Source: Oopsacas minuta (taxonomy: Eukaryota > Animalia > Porifera). From it: a DNA stretch of 64,000 nucleotides. This document shows positions 1 to 14,244 of this stretch, piece by piece. The notes beneath the pieces are model-generated. The model was not told the DNA's origin. It saw only the letters and a program-made list of their open reading frames with translations, and ran no database searches. Numbering within the stretch: the stretch's first letter is position 1; every line of letters begins with the position of its first letter. A program made the position numbers and the translations under genes. Location of the stretch: positions 186,001-250,000 of the forward strand of contig JAKMXF010000343.1 of the NCBI GenBank assembly GCA_024704765.1, written 5' to 3'.

Positions 1-598
1 AAGATTCAAAACTATCGTATGAGTATTTATTAAATGTATTCTCTTAATATTTTTGGCCTTAAAGTTGGGCTGATTAATGGCTAATGTATTATATTATCAA
101 ACAGATACAGTAGACTCCGTTCACTTCTGGATCAGGCAGGCCATTTTGACCCGATTTCTTATAGCTATTTACATTTTTTAGCCACTATACAGGAATTATG
201 GAAAATATTCGGTATTTGTTGGCTATTGTTGGCTATTATATGCAGGAATAGGAAAATATTTATGTTATTTTCATTTAAAATTAGAAATCCAGGGAATAGG
301 TCGGTGAGTATGAATTTGATACTATTTGTATGGTGTTTCTGGCCTTCAAAAGTTGTACAATAATTACCTGTGTATTAATTCCAAGAAGTAAATGCACTAA
401 AATCCAGTCAACTTCAGTTATATCTAACACAGATATACTGAAATACCCGTTTATATGTAAGTCTGAAATTGTGCTAATATCGAGGTAATTATCGCGTTTC
501 TTGAATAACAGAAGTTGACTGTATTTCAATATTCCTGAAGCCGGTGTGTATCAATATTGCATGTACTATATACACTATTTGTTTGGTATTTAGATAGT

Positions 599-3500
599 AT
601 GGATATTACTAGTGTTACAAATGATGCAGTATCTAGTAATGATAAAGTTTTGAAAGATGAAACAAAGAGGTAACAATTTAATTCTTATGATTATTTACTG
701 AAAATATATTTAGCATATGGTGGAACCTGCATTACCCACACCTGTATAATCCGTTAGACCTCTATAATCTCGCTTCTTACCTGTATGTGACAGCTATTAT
801 TCGAGTTAATCTTGCGTGTACGCTTTCATATCCAATAATTACCATATATGGTAGTGTCTTCCTATCAGCAAAAGCAATTCCAAATTTTTCACGTACATTG
901 AGTGCATTTTGGTATTTTTAAATAGTCGCATAATAGCAAATTCGCGTATTAGCAAATACGAATTGCTAATAGGCGAACATCACTGCAATATGTATGTATA
1001 TTCAATAGGAAATCAGCTACTAAGCTTCAAATACAGAATTACTTCATAATGCTGACGCAAGGCTGTGGTGATCATCTATGTACCAACTCAAATTGCGTTA
1101 CAGCTAATCCTGATAGCAAGCTCTCTCCTAACGAGGCAGCAATTAAGTCTATTACCCTTTTCAAAGCAAAATCTCCTCTCTGTCAGAAGTATAAGACAGC
1201 TGGGAGAGTTCGAGCTGGTGGCCTTAAGAATAGAGTTAACCATCCAAGAGTGTAAGATTATAACTTTTAAATAACTACAGTAGAACTCACATAAGACCCG
1301 ATGGGAAACATAAATGAGTGCGAGTTGAGAATATGTTTCGAGTAAAGTTCATATTAATTAGCCGAGTTCTGCTGTATATAGATTTTCATATTGATACCAT
1401 TTCTTGTGTATGAATTCCAACATATAATTGATTAGAAATATTATTCATTTCTGTTTTAGAATGCAAGAAACTCCCATTGATATGGAGATTGATGGACGTT
1501 CTACTAATTCACTTCCTACTAATTCTACTGCTAGTCAGAATGATCCATTTGTAAGTAACACCTTTAAGAAATTTGCTAACTGGGCCACTCAACCCCCTTT
1601 TATTGAACACAGATTTGTCGAAATACCCGAATAATTCGATTGTACAAATATAGTCCCAAAACCTTCAAAATAATATATATTTTATCGGTCATATCGAAGG
1701 AATTTTCCTGGTCCCTTGAGCTTCGATTATTGTATAATAATATAATATCAACAGTAACATACAAATAAATAATTAGAAACATTGCAATGAATAGTTAGAA
1801 TTATCAGATAGAACAAAAATAATTCCTAATTTAGAGATATCAATACCACATGGATAGATGAACTCTCCTTTCTTCTTTCCCTCACGTCCTATGGAGTGAA
1901 TAAGTTTTCCTGATTGTGTGAATATCTTGATACAGTGGTTATTAGTATCGCTTATGATAATATTACTAGCTAGGTCTAAACAGAAGAATCGTGGAAGACA
2001 TAGCAAACAATTTTGTTCCTCTCCTTGAGAGATACAAGAGCTGAGATAGTCTCCATTTCTAGAAAATAAATGCACACATCTAGGACTCAAGTCTAGCACC
2101 ACTACACAATCTTGAGTAAGCTTAACATCTTGAGGACAGTCCAGCTGTTTAGTACCTAAGTTTGATTTGAATTGTAGACGTGTAGAGAAGATGGAAACTC
2201 TGTGCTTGTGCCTATTCGCTATAAACACATCTCCATTTGTGTCTATACATAATCCTTTAGGTGATGCTAACTTTTCTTCTTCTTCACTGTCTGAGTTATC
2301 AGTTCTGTTCAGAAGATAAAGTTTGTTCTTACAAAACTTGAACAGAGAGTTATGTATCATGTCAGTTATGAAGATAAATTCTTTATTCACAACTATTCCG
2401 TATGGTTCCTTCAGGATATCTTGACCGAAATTTGTAAGGAATTCTCCCTCAAATGACATAACTTGTACTCGATTATTCCCGAAATCAGCTATGTATATTC
2501 TATGATCATCTTCATCAAGGAATAAACCAATAGCATTAAGTTCATTCTTATCCTTTCCTATCTTACCAGTTGTTAGAATAGGTACTTTCTTCAGTGAATA
2601 GTCTGGTACCTCCCACTCTTTGACCTCTCCGAATTCTGAGATAGCTGATTGAATTGTTTGTAGTGTGGGACATAGGAAGAGAAGATATGGGAGTTTTGTA
2701 GGAGCTTCCAGATCCTGGAGACCTTGTTGATACACCATAGTAGCTTGGTTATGTACTGGAATGTTTTTATTTACTTTCAAACTCATTTCTTCCAATTGTT
2801 TTCTAGTTTTATCTAGCTCTTGAATTGCTGCCTTGCGAGTAGTCTCCTTGGTAGTGTAGTCCTCTCTGAGCTGAGAAAGTTGGTGCAGGAGAGCATCCCT
2901 CCTCTCGATCAGCAAGGTAATGAGAGGATTGAATGTCTGTAGAATTTCTGAAGCGACAGCATCGAATTGTGCCATCTTGTCGATTTGAATATTCGTGGGC
3001 TCATTAGTCGCCATTTTAGTGATTAGTAGTTAGTTCGATTTATTTGAATGTAAAGATTTAGTTAATTCTGACTCTATTTATATTTGTTTAACTTGAGCAT
3101 ACCATAATACCTCATTGGTTGTTATCGAAAGTGTTTAGAACGTAAGAGATATCTCGCGGTAATTAAATATTCAGGATATGATGATAGCGTTTCGTAGGAA
3201 GTGGTTTGGTGGTTTTCCACAATTTCTGATTTGAATTTTAATATTAATTATACAAGCTTGCAAGCTCTAAGATGTCTCTCATATACAGTCGAAATCTTTT
3301 TTTCTGCCAGGTTTTTGCTACTATTCTTGTGCATTGTGTGTGTCAAAAATACTCAATTTGGACTATATTCGTAGTACATGTATTCATTGATGCAACTAGG
3401 GTGATTTTGGGTCGGCATATGCCCACCCTGGAATTTTAGGGCTCACCCAGATTTGACTACACCGCAGTGGCCTCGTGCTATATGTGCCTGGGGCCTGGCC

Positions 3501-6500
3501 CCCCAAATATTCTCAGAGCTCCCACATCATTGCTCCAAGGGACCAGAAAAATGTTAACAATCTGGGCTTATTGCAAATCAATGGTTATTTCTTGCGAATT
3601 GTCAGTATTCCTTGCGGTCCTTGACCTTTCTGACTGTTTCCAGCGCCCATAGACCCTCATTCAGAACTTGTTGCACACTAGATTGAATTTGTGCCTCCCA
3701 GATTTCAAAGCAACACGACGCCACTGCTCCACCGTAATACAAAAAGTATATGGCGGGTGGACATGACGTCATCTTTGCCCCACCCTAACTTATGAGCCTA
3801 GTTCCGCCAATGAATGTATTTGTTAAAGTACTAAATGTTGTGAAGTAATCTAACCAAAATCCCCCCAACATGATGAAAATAGAATCACGCGTTTTGCTAG
3901 GTGAAGAAACAGGTAAGATTTGTTTTGAGTATACTCACACGGGAATTTACAATATTATTAATTACTAATTACATTGGGTTCTGTGAAGTAATATACTTGT
4001 TTCTCTTCCTCTTCTGTCCCGAAATTTGTGCCCCCTCTGGAAAGATTTTTTTGTATTTTTACAGATATAATTGGAGTATCTTTATTATGACCAAAATATT
4101 TGGTCCCATAGAGGTTCAGAATAAGCAACCGTGACTGCAATTAATTCTGGAAATTTCAATTTTTCAGGTAGCTACTAACTCAGTGACAAGGCGTAGAGTT
4201 GGAAGATGGGACTCAGTAGATAGGACAGAGGGCAGTGAAGGAGAGGGATATGACGTTCCCCTTGAGAACCTGTATGATTATGAGTACTTTGATGAATCTC
4301 CGCCAGCAGAAGATCAGATAGATTATATATCATCTACTGGTTAGTTGATAGCACCATTTGTTATGTGCTAAATGTTTATCCTTATAAGGACAATCGACTG
4401 GCCTTTGTTCGATAGCAGTTTAAACTAATTATCCGAAAAATATTTACGTGACAGTATAATTTGGAAAAGACTTACCTCTTCGCCTTCAGAAAACAAAAAT
4501 TAGTACGTACTGTTATTCGTAGGTCCGTCAGATCCTGGTGGAGCAGAGAACCGTTCGGATTCAGACAGAGACAGTGAGGGAACTGCTAACGGAGTAAGTA
4601 CAGAGAGTAGCAGTACAGATTTAGTAATTCCTCCCTCAATACTGAGAGATCTGATCACTGGTCTGTCTACAGAGCCTGAGCATAGAGGTCGTAGGAATAA
4701 GAGAGCAGTCAGGAAGAGAGATAAAGAATACAGATTATTAACTCTGGGTAAGTAATATAGTACTGAATTATAACGTGAACGTACATACATAGTTCACATT
4801 ATAATTACTTACGAACCTCGTGAATATGAATTTCTGGATAAGAAGTACAATTACTTGCGAAAATACAGTTCGTATTACTCCCGTTAGTAGTAACTCCAGA
4901 TTAAGCGAACACATTTGACCGTAGTTGGTGTTTGTATTATTGAGGTTCCACTGTATGTATTTTGACAGATCAGATAGCAGAGCTCCCGTTTATCAATGAA
5001 GAAAAGCTATCAACTCTACTGGCTGCAGAGAGCTCAATACCTGAACCTGAATCAGATGAAACTACACCCACAAATTCCCACCCTTCAGATAGAAATAAAG
5101 ATCTAATTTCTCTATTAACAAACGTATTTTCTAGCCCTTATGCTTTGTCAAAGAGTTTCCTTATTCAGAAGGCCAATACATCAATGGATATATCTACAAA
5201 TAATACTAATGCTAAGCATAAGATTACTCCAGAAATAGCAGTAGATGTTGTATCAGTGTGTAAGGTCAGTACTGTTTGCTCTGCGTTTAAAAGATTTTTT
5301 CAATTTTTGAAAATACAAAATATTTTGAGGAAATTATCCGAATTTTTGCATTGTTAAGTGTGGCTAATTTCCGTCAGTGACACATTTGTCCTTACTTTTC
5401 ACTATGAATTAAATACACGTACTACTTTGCTTTAGTTAATATACTATAAAACATGAATAGCTATGTCTTTAGTGGCGAAAATGAATAATCATTCGCTATA
5501 ACCGTTCAAAATATGCTATTCCATTTTCGAAGTTCTATATTACCATTGAAATATATGTATGCTACTTTGATGGTTGGGATCATATTTGTACAATTCCAGG
5601 CTTCGAGATATCCGTGTTTGACATAATGAGAGTTGACTGTATATTTATCATGTAGTCATACGCCCTACTGGAATCCCTTGGGGATGAACAGATTGAAAAA
5701 TGTCTCTCCAACTCAATCCATAAGATGGGAAAGGAATTATACAGAATTAATAGGGAACTTTCTAGAAGCAGTAGAGGTTCTATGTCTCTACCTTTCCATC
5801 TTTTAAACGTATACGTCATTATAATGGAATGCCCTTTCCTTGCTACGCCCAGATTTATTCATCACGGGTTCCCTTATCTCTGTCAAGCTATTGCCACACT
5901 GGGATCACGTGATCAGGAAGATTTAGTTGTTTGGTTCTCTAAATATTCGAAAGAAAATTTATTGAGAATTGTTCAGGGCTTCCAACAGGTAAATTGTATT
6001 TATATAAACGGAGTGTCGTGAATTTATTTCTGGTATTTGTATCAAGTCCATATACGTATTTTCCCGATACTTTAGAGGATTTCTTACTGCTAGAGGCTGT
6101 TCTAAGCAGCGCCGAAAATCATACATTTATAGGGCGTAAGGAGTTATCGCATCCACCAGGTTCCTTCAAAATTTAGCTCAATTTCCATAGCAACTTTGCG
6201 ATAATCATGGTTATCTCCATATGAATATCCTTGGGATTAGCAAAATATGTTCTCATAGCTGGTATACATTACATCTTGATTCATTTCCTTTTCTTTTTTG
6301 AAGTGAAAACACACCTTGGTAAATATATATTCTCTGTTCATTTCAGTTAATTACCTACCGTATTCTCGAATTGGACTCAGATGAATATTTCGAAGTGCAG
6401 AGTGATGACGTCATACCAGTAGCAGTGAAATCTCTGAGACTATTCTACCTAGCTAGTCTATTGTATTCAAAGAACCATGGATTCATAAGACCCTATAACA

Positions 6501-9500
6501 AATCTCGTGTTGCTATTGATGATAAATTTCTTCTAAGTTCAAGATTTAATGACCCGATTATTGAAAAGTTTGGGATTTATCCGAATGCGATAACTAAGCC
6601 TGCTGCTGGTAAGTTGTTGGTATCGTCCTTCAGTCTAGGATTAGGATGAAGAAAGGGGTTTGAAAGAAACTTTCATACTTACCAACTCTTTAATCATTTC
6701 CAGAGATTTCTAATAAATTCCGGGATCTTCGAAAGTTTCCTAGATTTCCAAGTTTTACATCTATAAATTTCAATTTCCAGGCTATTATTTTAGACAAAAA
6801 GGCACATAAATTTGAAATATTTCGCTGCATTTACTGTAATTCCGGGATAATCCAGAGATCTCGGAGGGTTGGCAAGTATGCTATTTGTGTGGAGTCCCAC
6901 TTTTGCCACGTTTTGCGAGACGCGAATATCAATATTCCCCCCGCTAACATTTAAAATGTTGGAAAAATGTATAGAATTCCTTAACAATTTACAAATCAAT
7001 CCCTTTAGCGTTTGAGGATTTCTACAACGAATCGCTTAACAATATAATAGATATCCAGATTGATATAGAGAATGCTCTGGCTAGTACAAGAAAATTCTCT
7101 TTCTTAAAATATAGTTTCGTATTAAACGCGGCAACGAAGGTCCTGAAATTATTTTTTGAAAGCAAAGTTCAGATGATTGAGGAACGAAGAAGAACTGTAT
7201 TTAATCTTATTCTATCTGGAGGTGGTGGAGACGATCATCCCTTCCTTAATTTACAAGTTAATAGGAATTCTCTTCTATTAGATACTTTAGGGAATGTAAG
7301 TTCTCTAGCTTTTACTATTTACATTAGAACTCGGATAAGACATACGAACTTACTAACCGAAGAAGTCATTTCGGGTATTTTTCCTTTCAGTTAGTACAAG
7401 AATAGAAAATCAGTTTTGGGGAAAAGAACTTACTAACTGAGTTCTACTGTATTCAAATTTTAACGCAGCTCCTATAAGGAGATGCCCTAATGGCAAGGAA
7501 CGTCTGTACGACATTCGTCGGTTGTATACTTTTGAAGGTATAGATATGGACAGAGCCAGCGCTTTTTAACTGTAACTTACTAATCCTGTAAAAATTTGAG
7601 CCTCACTTTCGGAAATATTGTCGTTCATGGCTGCCGAACTGGCACTTTTAAAACCCCGCACCCGCCAAGCACCTATCTGGAGTATGAATATATTCTAATA
7701 ATGTGAAATATTCACACCTTTCAATTTTGTTTATTTGTTAGTTCGTCATTATCTTAACTTATAGATCGAAGCAGTAGCTGACATACGTCCTGAAATGTTT
7801 AAGAAACAACTTAGAATTAATTTCGAGGGGGAAGAAGGTCTAGATGAAGGAGGACCTCAAAAAGAGTTTTTCCAACTATTAATAGAACAACTTTTTAACC
7901 CAGATTTTGGTAAATATACGTATAATGAATAATCTCTATTCTAATATTACGTCTTTCTCGATATTTATAATTCATATATTTGGGTTTCAAGTAATAACTG
8001 ATCCCAGAATCCCATACCTCCCACGGTCCACGGCAGCTATGGATTGTCCCTCTTCTTAAAATGATCAACTACACACAAGGGTGTAGGAACAATCGAGTAT
8101 GTAAATTACTGAGACAACAGAGGGATTAAGGATCACAAATTTTGTATTGCAGTCTATGGGAGGGGTCCACAGAATGTGTTAAATGGTATATGGGGTCTAC
8201 CGGTCCACGGATGGAAATGTTGGGAACCACTTGGCATAGAAAATGACCTCTCCCACTAGCATGGTCACTAGAGACCATCCATAGCTGTCGTTTATGAATG
8301 TTAGGGATGCTACGTTTATTATACTTGTATTTCTTTAGGAATGTTTTACGTTATGGACAATGGAACTGATTATTGGTTCAACATGTTTTCATTTGAGAAT
8401 GAAGCAAGCTTCCGGTTAATAGGAATTCTATTAGGACTTGCCATCTACAACTCTATAATTCTGGATGTACATTTTCCTATTACAGTATATAGAAAATTGC
8501 TTAATTGTACTCCTACATATGATGATCTGCATGATTCTCATCCAGTCAGTTTGATTGTTGTTTGTTTGTTTGTTTGTTTGTTTGTTTGTTTGTTTGTTTG
8601 TTTGTTTATATAATTTATTCTGTAGCAAATGGCTCGTAGTTTTGCGGATATACTTAGCTATAAAGGAGAAGATTTTGAAGATACATACATGCTAACATTT
8701 ATGATAACCTACACTGGACCATTTGGAGATAGTATTGAACACAATCTTAAAGAAGATGGTGATAATATTCCTGTAACGAAAGATAATAGAAAAGTTCGTA
8801 TAACTAGTCTAGCTTCTTGATAATCAATGGACCCTGAATACCTGAGAATTACTTCGATATGACTGATGAAGTATATGTTACTTTGACGGTTTGGGACCTT
8901 ATTTGTACAATTTCAGACTTTGATATAAGCGGGCATTTCAATGTATCTGTGTTTGGTATACGTGATAATATATTTTCATTATTTTGCCTTTTAAATATAC
9001 AATTATTAACTCAGTTTCTGTAGGAATATGTAGATATGTATACTGACTGGCTACTCAACAGTTCTATAGAACTACAGGTATGACTAACTTGTTACCGAAA
9101 TTATCTTCTCAGTGTTAATTTGATTCGAATTCTTTAGTTCGCTGCATTCAAGCAAGGATTCGATATAGTTATGAAATCTAATTATTTAGACGACATGTTC
9201 ACGGCTGAAGAGGTGGAGCTGCTGGTTTGTGGAAGTCAGGTGTGTTTCATAAATCTTCAATTTCTATAACAATTGTATAGTTCAGTTCCTATAGGAGTGT
9301 CTATGAGTTTAGTTCCTATATGAGCTGTATAGTATCCGCACCATAGAGTTTGTATTAGTTACTATTACTGGCTATATGATATTAGTTACAGTGTTAGTCA
9401 GTGGAACGTCGTTAATATGCACACCAACGAAAGGTCAAATTTTGTACGTATTAACCAGAGTAATTCCAATTGAATAATCATTGTGAGGACCTGATTATGT

Positions 9501-10172
9501 GTAAATTTCTTAATGTACTATCCGGGAATTCGTATTCTTATTTACGAGGTGTGTTTACTTGTGAATTTCAACTTTAGGATTTTGATTTCAAAGAACTCGA
9601 AAAGACAACTTCCTATGACGGATTCACTCCATCACACAAACTTATGATGTATGATTATATTCTTGACCTGCTTGTTTGCTTGTTTGTTTGTTTGTTTGTT
9701 TGTTTGTTTGTTTGTTTGTTTGTTTGTTTGTTTGTTTGTTTACACCATGTTATATACAGATATTTCTGGGATGTAGTAAATAACTTCCCTGAAGAAACAA
9801 AGAGAAAATTACTACAATTCATAACGGGAACAGATAGAGTACCTGTTGGAGGATTATCAAAGATCAAAATGGTTATTGTAAAGAATGGACCAGATTCTGA
9901 TAGGTGCGTAATTCTTTTAGCTACATTCCTATTACCATATTGGTTGTCATGATGATTACTATGGAATATAAGCTGAAGGAAACAATGAAATTCTAGCTAA
10001 ATATGATTGTGCTGGGTGTATTATTCTCTAAGATTCCATTACTTCCCTTAGGTTGCCATCTGCACACACATGTTTTAACGCGCTTCTCCTCCCAAACTAC
10101 CCTTCCAAAGAAAAGCTAACAGAACGCCTAATGAAAGCGCTCAAATTTGGCAAAGGATTCGGCATGATATAA
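599..10172 (+). CDS. UBE3A: HECT E3 ubiquitin ligase UBE3A/E6AP ortholog, ~18 exons
   Basis: Exons joined at GT-AG: 599-669, 1009-1251 (AZUL zinc finger [15 protein letters not shown]...LCQ), 1460-1550, ~4168-4338 (junction unresolved), 4523-4747, 4969-5264, 5656-5988, 6347-6608, 7009-7295, 7765-7909 ([25 protein letters not shown]), 8339-8544, 8626-8793, 9024-9077, 9138-9239, 9578-9648, 9760-9903, 10052-10172 (catalytic LPSAHTCFN, ends GFGMI*). Confidence 0.93.
1278..1374. mobile_element. Tc1/mariner-type MITE, CAGTAGAACTC family
   Basis: TIRs CAGTAGAACTC / GAGTTCTGCTG flanked by TA on both sides, inside a UBE3A intron; relatives at ~7328-7450, ~14417-14635, ~31300-31480, ~46642. Confidence 0.75.
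1773..3014 (-). CDS. Intronless coiled-coil + NHL beta-propeller protein (TRIM/NHL-like, no RING or B-box), nested in UBE3A intron
   Basis: 413-aa ORF; N-terminal coiled coil then NHL motifs ([41 protein letters not shown]). Confidence 0.88.
   Translation of the reverse strand: MATNEPTNIQIDKMAQFDAVASEILQTFNPLITLLIERRDALLHQLSQLREDYTTKETTRKAAIQELDKTRKQLEEMSLKVNKNIPVHNQATMVYQQGLQDLEAPTKLPYLLFLCPTLQTIQSAISEFGEVKEWEVPDYSLKKVPILTTGKIGKDKNELNAIGLFLDEDDHRIYIADFGNNRVQVMSFEGEFLTNFGQDILKEPYGIVVNKEFIFITDMIHNSLFKFCKNKLYLLNRTDNSDSEEEEKLASPKGLCIDTNGDVFIANRHKHRVSIFSTRLQFKSNLGTKQLDCPQDVKLTQDCVVVLDLSPRCVHLFSRNGDYLSSCISQGEEQNCLLCLPRFFCLDLASNIIISDTNNHCIKIFTQSGKLIHSIGREGKKKGEFIYPCGIDISKLGIIFVLSDNSNYSLQCF
3465..3726. 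mobile_element. hAT-type MITE
   Basis: TIRs CAGTGGCCTCGTG / CACGACGCCACTG; 8-bp TSD ctacaccg / ctccaccg (1 mismatch); GC-richer than flanks. Confidence 0.8.
8550..8607. repeat. (TTTG)n microsatellite in UBE3A intron
   Basis: Run of tttg units seen directly. Confidence 0.95.
9672..9740. repeat. (TTTG)n microsatellite in UBE3A intron
   Basis: Run of tttg units seen directly. Confidence 0.95.
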
Positions 10173-10409
10173 TCACAAGGCATCAACTATGTTATACTAG
10201 TTCTATATGTACAGTACCGTAGTTATATCTAGTGGTTACATTTGTGATATACTGGATTGTGTCACGTGATAATTTACAACTAAAATGTGATAACTTTTCA
10301 ATAAATATGGCCAAAGGTTAATTAGTAGTTCTATGATAATTATTGAGTTTGTGATGAGCAGATCATCAGTTGGAAAAAATATATTGTTTATCACGGAAAT
10401 GTATTGCAC

Positions 10410-10556
10410 AGTGAAACCTCCACAAACTGTGACCTGTGGAAACGGGAACTTCTGGAAACGGAGTGAAAATATTTAGAGCGAATTCCTCCCATACAAATGA
10501 GGAAACGGATTAGCATTTTCGGCGTCCTGGTACCTCGTTTGTGCAGGTTACACTGT
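10410..10556. mobile_element. Tc1/mariner-type MITE, CAGTG(T/A)AACCTCC family
   Basis: TIRs CAGTGAAACCT / AGGTTACACTG; shared internal motifs (GGGAACTTCTGGAAAC, GCATTTTCGG) in copies at ~30481, ~31708-31860, 44293-44396, ~46749. Confidence 0.72.
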
Positions 10557-10918
10557 AATACAATGTGATAAGGTAGTAATTTATGAATTAATGAAGTCAG
10601 TGATGAGTTATTATTGGCTCGATATTCACTGAGGAGTGCTCAAACATATGAATTTTCGATTGGCCATAAAGTAGACCATTGTAAAAGTTAGCAAAAATCT
10701 AAAATTGCAATCTGTGCCGACAGCTCAGTACATTTATTGAATTTGTGTAAAGTGTCACTATTAATTGGAGGCACAATAAAATGACAATTTAACCATTTGC
10801 ATTCGGACATTATTTGTCACCCCCTTGGGTCGAAGTTTAGGTCCACTGGATGTGAATATAATAAATTAGAATATTTACACACCTTTTGTTGTATCTATAC
10901 TATAGCTATATAATACCA

Positions 10919-13900
10919 ATGGCCAGTAATGCTGCTTCGCTTGACAGCGTAAAAACACGAGTCAGTCGTATAGAGAGTATGCACATATCTCCAACGTACT
11001 CAGATCATTACACACACCCTTACTACTCTACAATGCCTTCTAAACACACAATATACTCAACTCCACCTCCAGTCAAATCTCATAAATATGTTAAGCTAAA
11101 CATAGGCGGTATGTTGTATGTTACAACATTGGATACTTTGACACGTGAGGATAGTATGTTACGTGCTATGTTCTCTGGGAGGATGAATATGGATAAAGAT
11201 GAGGAAGGTTGTTCTTAGTGATATTAGTCGTTTATTGGAATGTATGTAATGTTGTAATGGCCTATTGGATTGGAATCGACAGTCCGTTCGTCCATCACGC
11301 GGTCATGAGAAATCTTGTATCAAATTGACATGAAAATATGCATATGGGTACCTTTTTGGGTGTAGATAATTCTTATAATATGAACGATATTTTTGACACA
11401 TTTTTAGGTTGGGTGTTGATTGATAGAGATGGAAAGCATTTCGGATTTATTCTAAATTATCTCAGAAATGGAGAGATATCACTTCCTGAATCAAGACAAC
11501 TTTGTGAAGAAATTCTAACAGGTTTGTGTTAGGTTCACTTCTTCTCCATAGGACAATTACGAATCAAGTTGCTATTTCCTAAAGGAGAAAAGTTCCTGGA
11601 TTTTCACTTTGTAACGTCATAGAATAATATCTCATTATTTATGACGTTACGCGGTGGCCATTTCATTGAAATACTTCAAAACTCTACTTCGAAATATGTT
11701 AATTAATCATATTCCCATAGAAGCAAAGTATTACTTGCTAGATGGTCTAGTTGAAAGACTATCGCTTCATTGCAGGAAATTACTAGAAGATCTGTCTATA
11801 TGTAAGGTCCCTGTCATATCTAGTCCTGAAGAGGAACAGCTACTACTATCCTCCTCTGCAAAGGTTTGTAATTTCAAATTCACAGTAGATACAAATCCTA
11901 CAATCAATACATTCGTTATATCGCAATACCAATTCGTTATTACAGATTTTTAATGGATTTTGCTCTATTTGTTGTCCTGATTGTTGTCTCAGTGTTTTAC
12001 TGGGCTAAAACATACTATATACCCGAGTTAATTGGAGAACAGGAGGATAACTAGTCGTTACACTGGAAAATATTCGTGTGTGTATAATTATATCCTCAAC
12101 TCCCGCTACATCATAGCTCAAGAGACCGCGATAATTACTTCGATATAACCAATGAAGGATATGTTACTTTGACGATTTGGAACCATAATATATCCGTGTT
12201 CGATATAACAGGAGTTGACCATTGCCTTTTCAATCATATTCCTTTCAGATATCATACATTCCTTTGTAACTATGATGTAACCAGGATAATAATCAATATT
12301 AAGTTAGAAACCTAAAAGATAGAAATTCATTGAAAACTATTTCTGTTACATTTCCTGCCTCTTGAGTAATTATAGCCTAATGAGGCCTGATTTTCCATAA
12401 AATAGGCTGAATTAACTTTAAGAAAGTTAAAATGGAGAATTACTCGGTGATTTCAGAATCGGGCCCTAACTGTATATAATTTCACGGTTTTTTGTGGAAA
12501 TTTTAATGGGCAATTATGCGAAATATTACGGGTTTTTAGGAAGAATCTCGCGGATTCATGATACGCCAAGCTAGCATTTGTGTGGACCCCTAAAACCCCA
12601 CAGAAAATTGTCAAAGTTTAAAGTAGTTGGAAACAGTTTATTTATTATTTTTCTAAGTGAAAAACTGACTACAACACAGCATAAATATCGTATGATACAC
12701 TGCGAAGTTATTCCCCTGATCTCTGTATTGTGCATCGCTTCTCCTTGTGTTTATCTCCGCCCGAGGTTGGAGATTACTAAATTCTTACTCGTGATTCTTA
12801 TCATCTATAATATTTTTACTGTGTTATTCTCTTCTAGCCTGTAATAAAGTTCCTCTACAACAGAAATAATAACAAATATTCTTATACAAAGTACGTTATC
12901 TTATACTTGTGTCTAAACATAATGTGCATTTGGCTGACACTAAGTCTTCGCAATCCGCGCAGCGCAAGCAAGCGAAACTCCCTGTTGTTTCAATAAATTG
13001 TTGAATATCTTATCAGCCAGATGCTGTAACTAATATCTATCTGAACTGAAACAAGCAATTCCATAATTATCGTGAACTATGTTTAGTTCCCTATTTCCTA
13101 ATCCTTTAGGAACTAACTACATACATAATTTTACTACTGCCACTATATGGCTAGCCAAATTCTTGCGTTAGTGCTGGTTACACTGGCAGAGTAAGGATAT
13201 GATAGCTATTACGATTTGCAACTAAAATACATCTGGTTGTTAGGGAAAATATATATATCTGTACCGTGATTACCATACTTTGTATCAAATCTCATTTTCT
13301 AGTTCTTTATTTTCATTTGTCCCAAAAGTATTTATTTTCGAAATTATTTCAAGTTACATATGTTACTCTAGTCTTTATATTTGATATAAAACGCGTGATA
13401 TGCCTCGCTCCATGTTTCAGTCGTTTCTTATAACCATTAATTAATCTGTATATTACTATATACAATGTTCCCGCAAATCGCGTTAAGCGCTTCATTTAAC
13501 GCGCTTTAAGCCGTGAGATGACTTGCTTTCCCAATCTAGACATTTTGTATTGCGATCTCTATATATAGGAAATAATACGGGATATGCGGCAGAGGTGGCA
13601 CTCAAACAAAATATTGAGCGCTTTACTAAAATCCTTAGGGAAATCCTGACTATACGTCTCCCTTTGTGAAAGAAATTTTTACGTACGTCTTATCTGAATA
13701 TATTCCTATACAATTAGTACAAGAATAGAATATCTTTATATGAATTTCTTCGAATTTCATTAATGAGGGAAGTCAGAAAATTAAGCTTTCGTCAGATTAG
13801 TGCGAAAATAATGTAAATATTATATAATTACATTTATTATTGTTTAGTAATTCTGATGAAAATTTCCTAAGAAACATTGAACTTTTTGACAAACTATCTC

Positions 13901-14244
13901 TCCGTTTCTGTGGACGAGTCCTCTTCATCAAAGACGTGGTTGGACACAGTGCTCACGGAGCTGAGATTTGTTGCTGGTCCTTCTATGGGCACGGTAAGAA
14001 AGTATCTGAAGTAGAGTGTGAATCAATTTCATACGGAACCGAGAAAAAACAAACAAAAATCGAGTTTCCAGAAGCAAGAATCCTAGAAGAAACATTAAAC
14101 ATTATGCTCTACGAGGATAATGTACAGGAAATAAGTCGTACACGCGCGGCGAATCTTCGAGCTGCGAACCGGGCAGCCCGGGCCGCGGCAGTCCGTGAAC
14201 CGGAACCTGTTATTATAGACGATGACCTCCTTGTAAGTAGCTAA
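10919..14244 (+). CDS. KCTD10: BTB/POZ CUL3 adaptor, KCTD10/KCTD13/TNFAIP1 (BACURD) family, 5 exons
   Basis: Exons 10919-11207, 11408-11521, 11721-11863, 12838-12890, 13848-14244; [12 protein letters not shown]...[17 protein letters not shown]; C-terminal [42 protein letters not shown]. Confidence 0.92.

Noticed and set aside
8431-9867. KQTN-repeat and CLFV-repeat ORFs
   Set aside because: Products of (TTTG)n microsatellites in UBE3A introns.
599-14244. UBE3A-KCTD10 adjacency as conserved microsynteny with human UBE3B-KCTD10
   Set aside because: The gene here has an AZUL domain and E6AP-type HECT, so it is UBE3A, not UBE3B; the resemblance is probably coincidental.
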